From Amphiscolops sp. MND2022 (lineage: Eukaryota): a stretch of 64,000 nucleotides of DNA. The stretch covers positions 40,364,001 to 40,428,000 of the forward strand of contig OZ076409.1 of NCBI GenBank assembly GCA_964187785.1, given 5' to 3'. The position numbers and the translations under genes were made by a program. Positions 12,101 to 24,100 of the stretch are shown here, piece by piece (position 1 is the first letter of the stretch; every line of letters starts with the position of its first letter). A model generated the notes under the pieces. The model was not told the DNA's origin. It did no database searches and worked only from the letters and a program-made list of their open reading frames with translations.

Positions 12101-15100
12101 AAAAAGACGTGAAAAACAGTGTGTTTTGGTACATAGTGGTACCGCACGTCTGTACCTAGGCGAAACTGTGTAGAAGGGGCGCAGCTCAAATCTGTGTTTA
12201 TTTTCGTGAACCTACACGTACCTAAGATCTGCTGGTCAATTTTGGGCTTAATACAACGCTCCCAGCGCACACACGAGCCTCTTGAGTGTTGTAGTGCAAA
12301 TTTTGGAAAATCCAAAAAATCTTTGAAATTCTTCCTGTGAGTGACCGGAGACGTTTTGCCCCGAACCAGGTTGATTTTCTGGCCCAGTGTGCTTGTGGAA
12401 AAGCGCTGTGTAAATTTGAACAGCCTACGAGCCTTAAAACGTACTTCGAGAAATTTGGGACGTTGTGAAACAGTCAAATTTCTTAAGTCCGCACCGAGAC
12501 GAGCCCAAAGCTAACAGCGACTCGACAAATCCCGCGTTTTTCGAGGCTTCTTTAAAGGCTACGTCCGAATCATTGACACCTGCTCTGCCATTGGCATATT
12601 GTGTAATGGTCCTACCAGGCCTGGAAAAGCTTGACATGAGTTCGCAATCATGGGTGACCATAGGATCCACAATGGACGGTTCGCATTTTTCAGACGAAAT
12701 GTCTGACGAAGTCACTATCGAGCAACAACGAAAGGAGGAACTGGCCGCCATGGTCCCTCCCTCCGAGGGTTCCGTTGCATCTGGAAGCTCTCGTCGAACC
12801 GAACAATGGGTCGAAGAAACCTGTCGTGAAAGAGCCAATGAAGCAGAAGAAGAGTGGCCCAACTCAAACGTGACCAACGAACTTGCAGCTGAGGAAGGGT
12901 GCTCTCGTGCACCCCTAGGGGAACAAATGAGCTCTCGTCTACAAATTACGGTGGATGAGGATCTGACCTACTCGGAAAACACGAGTGGTGCGAGACCGCA
13001 AGGGACTGGAGTCACTCGAAGTAACCCTAGAGTCTGTGCTTATGGCAAACACAAGAAAGTGCGACCGCCCATGATAAATGTAGGTGAACGTCAAGTTGAG
13101 GTGCCTCGTGAGAGGAGCGTGGCAGGTTCAGTAGCATCATCCCAACGATCTTCGGTGTACAAGGCAGCAATACTGGAAGCACAAGCCGAGACCCAACGTG
13201 CCTTAGCTGAACTGGCTAGCACTCGTGCTGGATGCAATGACCAACACCGTGCCATCGCAGAAAATATGAGAACATTGCAGACCACGATGCGAGAAGGTCT
13301 GCAGGTCAGTGATCAACTGCGAACCGCGCAGAATACGCAGAGCGCTCGCGTAGATGCACTGGGATACAGAATGGGTGAAATGAATGACCTTCTGATGGCC
13401 CGTGAACTTCGTGTGGAAACCCAGATCAATGATTTGAGTAACCAAATGCACACGGTGCTCAATGCTATCAACATCATGAGGCGCGAAAGATCCCTCCCAC
13501 GACAAGCTGGCGCCACTGAAGGTGTGCCGATCGCGGATTCAATGAAGGCCACGGAATCATCGCACCGGAGTCAGGCAACAAAACCCGAGTTGGCGAGCGT
13601 ATTGAAGCCCAGCACCTCCAAGTCGACAACGCCTGAAACCCGAACCAAAGATCCTGTGCCCATCATGGCTGCTGTGGAGCGCAAACCTGCACGGGTGCAG
13701 GTAAGAGGGCCCCACGACTCCTCGTCGATGAGCCAAATAACATCCTCCATAGTTCGAAGTGCCACCCGAGACCAAGGTGTGGACCCGATGTCACCTATCT
13801 ATCTAGATACTTCTACCGACGTTGATTTATCCTGTACTAAGGCCACACTAGGGTCCCAGACTGATGGAGCTGCGTATGTGACGGCCCCTACCATGGTTTC
13901 TGGAACGGACTCCATGTATCGGACCGCTGACTGGACAGCTGAGGACGGGATGCCCTCGGGCGCTCCCTGCGCGAGCAGCACTCGCAGGAAAGAAGACGCG
14001 ACGAACCTCTCGGTGCGAGCTACGCATGGCAGTGACGACGGCACCGATGATGTGGCGCCTAAAGAAGGAGAGGCTGAAGTCATTTCTCCTGAACAATTGA
14101 GGTTCACTGCCGCCATTTCCAAAGCAATGTCCAAAGAACTAGCACCGTTACTTGCGGGACGTGACCTGGCTCAGACCAAACCCAGTGTGTATCGAGGCTC
14201 TAAGGACGGATCAATTGATGGCTGGATCCTAGTGATGCAGCGATACTTAAAGAGAATCCAAACCAAAATCTCGGCCGAAGATCGGGCCTGGAGTATTATC
14301 GGTCACCTCGAGGGTGAGGCTCGCAACTACATTATCAACAAGGCAGAGTCTGAACGTGACGCCCCCGAGAAGGTGTTCGAGCTGCTGTCTAGTCGATTTG
14401 GCGCGGGAGGAAATCGCATGCAGGTGCGGCAGACCTTCCAAAGCCGCGTCCAACAAGAAAAAGAAGACTGGATGCAGTACTTAGACGCTTTAGAGGGTCT
14501 CAGGAGCCAAGGGTTCCCGCAAGAAAGTATCACTACGAAGCGCTATGAAATCCTGCAACGCTTCATGGAGGGTGTGCGAGATCCAGTATTGAGGCGTGAA
14601 CTTGCTATAGTATACGCCTCGGAAACTTTTCTTACCGAACCCCCTACCGTGGAGTCCTTGCGATTTACCACACGTCAGCTGCAACGCAATCGTCCCAGAC
14701 CCACCCAACCTCAACAACCCTATGATCCCCGCTTAGCCATGAGGTCTAGACCTCATCCTTTCGCACCACTACCGCCGAACAAGATGGTTATGCCGCAGGG
14801 CGTCTTGCCACCTCCGGCGCCCCCCCAAAATGTCCCGGCTCCGGCTGTCCCAGCTCCCGTCCGAGCGCCAGTAGGTGCTTGCTTTCACTGTGGGCAAAAC
14901 GGACATTTTGCTCGCGAGTGCCCCAATCGTGACCAGGCCCGAAAACCAATGACCGCCTCCGAACCAGAGGGCGTGAAGGTGACCACGGAAGACACGACCG
15001 ATGGTATCCTTGAAGGTCATCCAGGGATCTATCAATGCGCGAGCTGTGGCCTTTTTGATCAGGCGGAAATGCAATGTGGAGAGCACTCCCATGCGCCGAA

Positions 15101-18100
15101 ACCCAATGAAGAGTTGGCCTACAATCGGTGGGCTGAGGTTGAATCAGCTGGCATCGCCGCGCACACCGTACCTTTGGAAGATGACCGAGTGTTGATGCTA
15201 CACCCAGCGGAACCGCCTGCGTTCCACACTCCGATGACTTTCACTTGTGGCGCTAAGCAAGTTCAAACCTGCTTGGAACCCACAACGTTCGATCCGCAAG
15301 GACGTACACTGATTTCAATTCACCTGTTGCTGGCGGCTGAGCAAACACGTAGGCCGACGCTAACTCTGGCGAAGCTATGGGTCGAATTATCTATCCTCTA
15401 TAAACGAAACGAGTTACCTAGACCGACAGAATGGTACGCTCCGGGAGAGTCTGCGACTCTGACAACGTATTCCCCAGTGCCAGTCTGCGCCTCAATGGAT
15501 GGAGTGGACATGAAGTTCGAAGCCTGTGTGGTGGTGGATGTGTTCCCCCCTGGCATTTGTCTGGGTCCCCAGGAGCTCAAATGCTATAACATCAATCACC
15601 AGGAGCCCACCGGCGAAGCGCGTATAGATGAGCGTGCGTCGCTCGTGGTCTCTTTCGTGGTGCCTCATGCTGCACCTATTCCGCTGCGAGGACTGGTGGA
15701 CACTGGCTCGGGCGTCTCCATACTGACGTTTTCCGCCTTCAATAGAGTGGCAGCTCGAACTGGAACGGTACTTAAACCCTACCAAGTTGACCTGTACGCA
15801 GCCAACGGGAAGACAATAAAAACCTACGGCCTCGCAGAACACATCCATTTCCAGCTGGGAGGATACGAGCTTGAAACGAACTTTGTGGTGGTAGATGACG
15901 CAATGGGCGTGGAAGACTTCCTACTTGGCCGGAACTTTCTTCGCTCCTACCAGGTGTTAGTGGATCTAACATCTATGAAGATTGTGGTGCGAGCACCAGT
16001 GAAGCCCGTGTGGCATCATGCTCACGCACAGGTAGGTGACACTTCAATAGCTACTCCAGTCGTTTTGGACAGTGACTTGGTCCTGCAACCTTTTGAACGA
16101 GCGGTGGCTAGAGCCAAGCTCGTCACCAACGCACTAGAGCCGCTGATTTTTCAAAGCGTAGCACTCAATGCCTCTTTGTCTGACACTACGTTGCACAATG
16201 TCGTCTTTTTAGAGGACAGCGTGGCCACTGTCAGTGAGACAGGAACACTCTTTGTGAGTCTGATAAATCTCACCAGCAACCCTCAACGTATGCGGTGTGG
16301 TGTGCAACTGGGCACCGTAGTACCCGTAACGGTAGTATACCAAGCAGTACCTCAATGTTTGGACTCTCCCACTACAACCGGCACTAAAACTGACGCCGAC
16401 GACAGTCGTGCAAATTTTGTTCATAAAGTTTATAGTGAAGTGAATCTATCTACTGCTTCTGAGTTAACCTCTTCTTCCGAATTTGAGTTTTTGTCCTCTA
16501 CTGACCCTAGCGAAGCAGGACTATCGGAGCGCGAGATTCGCAAACGAACAGACCCAGAGCTAATGGCTCCGATTCCTGGGCCGGAATCTCAGCTCAAGGC
16601 GGTCAAGGATTTGTGGGGCGCTAGCGCCTGCGAATCTCTCCGTAACCTCCTCGATGAATTCGATGAGCTGTTCATGAAGCACAAAGCAGATATCGGTCGG
16701 TGCACTATCGCTAAGCACACCGTGGAGGTGGAACCAGGGGCTGTACCGCATCGCGAAGGTGCTCGCCGGATGTCTCCTGAGAAGGCCGAACGTGCCAATC
16801 AAGAGGTACGGAACCTCTTAGCTCTGGGAATGATACAGCCCTCGCTGTCCCCCTGGGCGAGCGGCATTGTAATGGTGAAAAAGAAAAACGGGGAGTTGCG
16901 CTTTTGCTGCGACTTCCGCCCGTTAAATGAGGTAACTATTAAGGATGCTTATCCCTTGCCCCGCATCGATGAAAGCCTGGCCCGGCTAGGCAAAGCAAAG
17001 ATCTATACCAGCATAGACCTTGCTTGGGCCTTTTGGCAAATTCCCGTGCGCAAAGCGGATCGCCACAAAACCGCTTTTGCTTGCGAGTTAGGACTTTTTG
17101 AGTGGCGGCGAATGCCATTTGGTATGTGCAATGCATCTGCCACGTTTCAACGGTCAATAGCGCGTGCGCTAAGGAATATTGTCAATCGTGAGGGCAGCAT
17201 GGTCATGGCCTACATTGATGATATCGTGATTGCCACAGAGACTGTGGAAGACCATATGGTACGTCTACGTGAAGTCTTTGAATGTCTCCGTGAAGCCGGT
17301 TTCAAAATGCGCGTGGCCAAATGCGATTTCATGAAATCGGAAATCAAATATTTGGGACGAGTGGTGTCCGCAGAAGGAGTGAAGCCCGACCCAAAAGCCG
17401 TCGTCAAGTTGCGTGATTGGGAAATTCCCCGCAACAAGACGGAAATGCAGAGTTTCCTTGGATTTGCCAACTATTATCGCGAGTTCATTCCTTGGCACGC
17501 TAAGCTGGTTGCACCCCTGCACGCCGTCACTGGACTGAATGCCACCTTCGCCTGGGGTCCTGAGCAACAAACCGCATTCAATGAGATCAAAAAAGCCCTA
17601 ATCGAGGCAACTGCGCTCGCGCTGCCTGATTCCGAAGGAGAGTTTGTGTTGGACACTGACGCTAGTGCTGTCGCCATTTCGGGTATCCTGCACCAGTGGC
17701 AAGGTCCCCCGGGTGAACGACGCCTGAGACCGATAGTTTACGGTAGCAAGAAGCTCACCACCACACAAGCCAAATACGGAGCCCCCAAACTTGAAATGTT
17801 CGCCGCTTACTATTTCATAGTGAAGAACCACAGCTATTTATGTCCCCGAAAATTTACCCTGCGGGTGGACAACCAAGCTTTGTCCTGGTTGAAAACCTAC
17901 TCCACGGATCAAGCGTTAATCGGCCGATGGATCATGACCCTGGAGAAATATCACTTTCGCGTGGAACACCGCCCAAGGACCCAACATCGAAACGCCGATG
18001 GCTTGAGCAAACGAACCAACGAGTACCGATGCCGCGAAAAACAGCTTGCACAGCAGCCAGCTGCGGGCGAGCGCTGGAACTTTCTTTCAGCTGACGAATT

Positions 18101-21100
18101 TGATAAACTACCTGTTGCCCCATGGTTCGACCTTCAGGGTCGAGTCATCCCGAACCATCCCGAGTTACCTGCGCACCTGCAGAACTTGGAGCCTAAGGCT
18201 CCCGACCAATTGCTACGCGTACTTCGCCGCACCAAACGAACGAGCAGGAGGGACAGACAAGCGAAAGCATTCGCAGCCCCTTTGCCACCTCCGCCTGCCC
18301 TTGCTCTGCAACTGCACGAGGATGCCTATCCAGACTACCCTGAGGATTGGATTGATGTGACTGATGAAGCACGCGAAGATTATCTGTTGCCAACGCATGC
18401 CGTAAATGTTCCCTCGCGTACCGTCTATGCCATTGCCGGGGTGAATCCTGTGGCGTTGCAAGGTACTCCCTCGGGTGTGCGCGACTCAATTATGGCTCTT
18501 AAAGATATCAACACTGAACTTCACGAACATGCTCACACCGTGCATGGTATCAAAGATTTGGTTCTAGCCCAAAACCGTGATGTTCACGTGCTAGCACTCA
18601 AAAAGTTGGTGCTGAACGAATCTATTGATCACGACGTGTTTCCCGAGAACGTGCGTGAGTTCGCACGCAACTACTACCGCCAGAAGAAAACCCTCCTGTT
18701 TATCAACAAGAATGGTGTACTTTGCGTACAATACCCTCCCAACCAACGTCCCCTGCACGAACGTCCGTGCATGATCGTCATGCCACAACTGTACCAGCAT
18801 GAGATTTTATTCCGCGCGCATGACGCTATGGGACATCAAGGTATCTCCAAGGTGGTGGCTAGGATTCAAGAACGTCACACATGGCCTGGTATTCGGCGCA
18901 GCGTGGGCCGTTACGTTGGCCAATGCCTCACCTGTCAACAAGTGCGGGATAAGCCTGGTGACGTCCGATTCCATTTAAAGAACATCCAGAGCGGATACTT
19001 CAACGAATTGGTTCAATATGATCATCTGAAAATCTGCCCCTCAGACAGTAATAACACTGGCATCTTGGTCATAATTGACCATTTCTCCAAGTTCGCGGAA
19101 GCAGTGCCCTGTAGTCATCATGACTACGACGCTGTGACTACCTCTCGGTTACTGTTGCAAAAGTGGTTCGCCCGTCATGGCACACCCACTAGGATGCAGT
19201 CTGACAATGCCCCTAATTTGACTGCCGAGGTGTCCAACGAATTCCTAAAAGCAGCCCACGTTACCAAAGTAACCTCTACAGCTAGCCATCCGAGAACCCA
19301 AGGCTTGGTCGAGCGCCAAAATCGGACGCTGCTGACCCTACTGCGAGTTTTTTGTTCCCGCCGTATGCGCGATTGGGACCAATGTCTTGATGAGGTCATG
19401 GGTGCCTACAACTCTACGAGGCACGCTACCACTGGCTTCTCTCCCTATATGCTGACCCGTGGCGTAGAGAAGGCCATCCCTCTCACGTTCCTGTATCCCG
19501 AGTTTGCAGCCAAATCCTTCGAGTCGCATGAGGCGTATGTCGATCATGTATTGGCTCGCCAACAAGAAATACATGACCTGGTACGGCGTAACACGCACCA
19601 AGCCCAATTGCGTCAAAAATTGAAGTACGACCGTGCTATACAAGCGCGAGCTTACCAAATAGGCGAGCTCGTCTGGGTTTTTTGCCGCTACGTACCGCAA
19701 AAGGGTTCCCCGAAATTGATGCGTGCTTGGCGAGGCCCGCACAAAGTGGTACAAGTTTTTCAGGACGGTCGTGTCTATGTACTAGACACAGGTCAAAAGG
19801 TTCATTTTGAGCGTCTTAAACCGCACCACAGTGGCCCCCTTGAACTTGCTACTGCACACTCGGACAGTGGTGAGGTGGTGGTCCTCATGGACCCCGAACC
19901 TGAACGTTCCGTCGACGTAGTTGATGACGACAAGTCCTTATCGTCGTATAAACCCGAACAACTACTTTCAGAGGCGTCCGATGCATCTTTGCCCTCACGC
20001 CGACGTCACTGGATGGACACTCGACTACGCACGAAGCTTCGCGCAGGCGGCTCCCGCCCGCATTATCAGCAATTTGACTATTCGACATCGGGTACAGACG
20101 ACGAACTATCCGATGCCATGTTGCCGATACCTCCTAATCCAGTGAACGAGGATCTAGTGGAGCCTGCGGCTCCTCCGACTACGCTGGATCAGTCGATATC
20201 CCCTGCCCGTGTATTACCCCAGCTGTTCTCTGACCATGAGCGCGTGCGCTCACCGTCTCCGCAAATATCCTCTGAAGAAGAGACATCGTTACCAGGAACC
20301 TCAGCATCCTTGTTAACGAATCCCTCGCTAACCAACTTTCTTAGTAACTATCCCATATGGCCGACCGCCCCTCCGATCCCCCTCAAATCTGCCAGCAGCG
20401 ACAGCGACGTTCAGCCCGATCTGCCTGATGCTCCCGAGACTTCGCCAGGAGCGGGGACCGCTCCTTCTTTTAAAAGGGGGAGGGGGAGACCACCCAAGGC
20501 ACAGAAGAAACGGCTGATTCGAGCGAAGGCAAGAACGAGGAAGAAAGAAACACCGAGAAAAACCGAAACTGAAACTGCGATCCAGGCTGAAACGGAAGCT
20601 CCCAGAACTGCAGAGACGCTAACAGAAGCATCTGCAACTGCTCTTAGGTATCAACTAAGGAGTAAGCGACAGCCGCGCTACAAGTGTGGAACCTGCGGGC
20701 TGCGAGATTGTGTCTGCTTATTAGCTGTGAATGAGAACCGGAGGGTTCCCATTGGAGCCCGGGGAGTTCCTCCGGAAGAGAGAGAAAACTTGGTGTACCG
20801 CCTCACGGTGCGGGCCGAAAAAACCTACTCAGCTGTAGAGCGGTCCGGAGACTACCCTGTGGACACTATCCTGGAGAAGTTGTCACTGCCTGGGGTAGCG
20901 AAGGCCCCTTGTCCTAGGTTTAAGGAGTGGACGAGCGATGGAAAGGGCCTGGAGTTTACCCTGCCCACGGTGTTGCCCCCCGTGCCTAGTAATATTGCGT
21001 TTGGACCATTCAATTTTGAAAGGGAACCTGTGCAGATGGTCCGATGCATCACTGCTGACTTGTTGTGCGACAAGTATGGAGTCCAGGTGGAACCAGGAGG

Positions 21101-24100
21101 GGTATACAGCCCGGCTCCTCACTGGTGGCTGCTGGTAACAGCTCCACGAGTGGAGGCGCTGGTAGAACCGTTGAATCTGTTATCCTGTCTGGAGAGTTTG
21201 AGGACCCTCACCACTGTGGACTTAATACTTTGCTTCCATATCATAGACTGGTACCGAGGCAAAATGAAGTTCGCGTGGTGGCTGGAACTAATAATCACAT
21301 GTTTCGCCACCTATCCCAGAATTCGACTATTAGATGAGTGGACTCACACTTTCGAGATCCCCTTGTTCCCTAAAGCCGCCCTGGGAACTTTAGACGCGTG
21401 GGTAAAGGCCGGCAGCGACAATCGAGCGATGCCCCGCTCAGTGTGGCAAGACCTGGCTGCAATCCAAGGGCGTACCCCTCGCGTGTGTCTGCCCCCCGAT
21501 AATGGTCCCGGACGAGAGATTGTTTACCCGGGAGCCCTGTATCCGAACTCAGCCGAACACGTCTCTTACGATGAATCCGATTTCTTGCAGGCCGAGGGCG
21601 ACATAGTGTTAGCATGCCCTGCTGACCTGAAGACCAACTCTGCCGCCCTTCGATATGTGCTGCGGGAGTGCGGCATGGAAGATGTATTTGCCTTACGACC
21701 TAAAGTGGGCGAGATTCTCACTATCCCGCCCGATGTGAACCCCAACCCCAACCAAAGTATTCACCTGTTAATAGTCCGTGCTAACCAGCGCGCACCGCTG
21801 CTGACAGACGACTACTTGCGTTGCATGGCGCACTTGACACAGCGCCTGATTGATAAAGGATCCACACGGGTCCACCTACCGATTCTGGATCCCGAGAGAC
21901 CGGCTTTCTCGTTGGTTAACCTGTACCATACTCTAGCGAGCATGTTCGAGGGTACTGGTATTTACGTGGTTTTGCATAGCCGCGTATATGTATCAATATT
22001 AACTATAGGGCTGAAGTAGCCTTTTCATTTTAGTTGTCCCCATTTTTCCTTTGCCCTCAGTTCTTGTATCAGTTTTTGTAACAACCTTGGAAGAGCCTTG
22101 AAATGCTCTCGAGATGTTAATTTGTCATGTTGTTCACTCAAGGTTTTGTTCTAGTTCGTTAGTTAGTTAGAGTTAGATTTTAAGTTTGTAGTGGCCCCTT
22201 TATGAAGCCGGCGTAGCCTGGCTGCAATTGAGGGACGAACCGACTCACGGCTCGTTCCAAAGAGAACTTATCCCTGTAAGTTTAACAGTGGTCCTTTTTA
22301 GACCTATGCATTAATGGCCCATTGCCCTAACAATTCAGCGCCTGCAACCGGGTCTAATAGTGCAAGGCCCCAGGAATCTGCGCGAGCGCAGAGGGTCAAT
22401 CAGGCCCAATATGTCGAAGACAGGCTGCGGGACGGTCTTTCGCCAGTAGCCGTAGCTGGAGTGGCCGCCCTACTGACCCAGCTTGAATCGATGCAAATGC
22501 TGCCAAATGCATCTCTATCAATCACCACGGAGGTGGCAAGCTATCGTCGCACCTTGACGTGCACCAACAATGCCTGGGATGGGCACGATCTGACTCACCA
22601 GTTCTTGGACGAAAGATCAATCGCAGTGCATGGCCCCAGCCAGGGCACCAGATTCGAACAAGAAACATCACTGCGCATGATGCCCGTCAACGTCCCATCG
22701 CTGCCTCCCATTGCGGCACCAAATCCAGTGCAGACGACGCCGCATTCTAGCTCGATTGCTTATGGGGCACCATATGGAACCCGGGCAACGACGACGCAGA
22801 ACATTACCAATCAACCTGCCTCAAGTCGGGAGCCCTCGGGGTCCCAACCGCCATCAGTGCCTAATCTAAATCTGATTGGACGGAGTCCCAGCGAGCAAGC
22901 GGTGATTGTGGCCCTGCAGGCTGTCGCCAACTACCCCAACTCCTCTGACTTTGTTCGTGCCGTTGAGCAAAGGATTCCCGGATTGACACACTACTTGCAA
23001 GCTGCCGCTCAGCCCTCGGGCTGCGTCACCCCACCCACCACCCTAGCCGAAACTGTGTCTATGGAAGCAGAAACTATGGCTGGACCAAGCACCAGCGCCA
23101 TGACCTATCCCCGTGAGGAAACTGGCCGGAAGCGACTTACTGAGGAAAACATCATCGCTACACGCCATGATTCCGTGACCGACAGTCCGACCAGTCGTCC
23201 CCCTCCGGACAAGCGAGCAGATGTACCCCACCAGTCGCAGATGAAAAGTGTGGTGGTCGTGAGGCCTCCATATCGCGTTGGCCACCTAGGCGTAGGCGCG
23301 CCTCAGATGTCCCTGGAAGAGGCCATCAACCGCTACGGCAGTGTGGAGGCGAATCCTGAAACGAGTCCTGTGCCCTCGGGCACAGGCTCTGCCAACATGT
23401 CCTTGGAGGTGTCCGAGACCATTGATGAGAACAATCCTCCCGCCTTTCTTCCCCCGTCCGATGACGTATCCGGCACAGTGGTGACTGGCGATAGCAAACG
23501 CATCTGGATGGCGGCGGAGTGTTTGTACCCGAACGCGTGTGCGATCAGAAGGAGGGCACCGCCGTCTGACGCCGACCAGAAAGAAGTGAGCAGGATCACC
23601 ATTGCGGCTCAGATAACTCGGTCGTTGCGTGCCCGTGATGCGGACATGAGTGAGCAAGCCTGGGAACAGCGTGCTCGAGAGCAACTGCCCGCGACACCCA
23701 ACAATTATATGGCTCGCCTGCAGCATGACCTCGCCGAGCAATTTCCTGCTAGGTACATGTTGCACGAAGGGGAAACCTGGGAAGCCAACGCCCGCTATGC
23801 TCGCAACATCGAATCAATGAAGCCCCTTCTGAAAGCGGCCCTGCAGCGTGCGCGCTACTGTGTGGCAGTGGACTCGACACTTAGGAGTGATCTCCCCATC
23901 GACAACCTTCTACCCGACGTGCTGGTATTAACAATGCCACTCTCCCGCTTCGCTGAGGTTGCCGAGATGGTCGCGGTCATGTATGACCCTAACTTGAGAG
24001 GATCTCTAAGAGAGCCGCCCCCGCGACGTGTGATCTTCACAAATCTAATCGACCACATGGCTTGTGAAGGGGTGCTACGCAATCTGGATGCCCTCATGGC

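Noticed and set aside
11443..12477. Antisense ORFs in the 5' UTR that look conserved in element 3 (57486..58460)
   Set aside because: The similarity follows from nucleotide identity. The frames are broken differently in the two elements, and the paralogous unit at 58747 has stops in the same frame.
20472..20489. Purine run AAAAGGGGGAGGGGGAGA as a central or relic PPT
   Set aside because: It is fully explained by coding for the KRGRGR AT-hook, and no LTR remnant follows.
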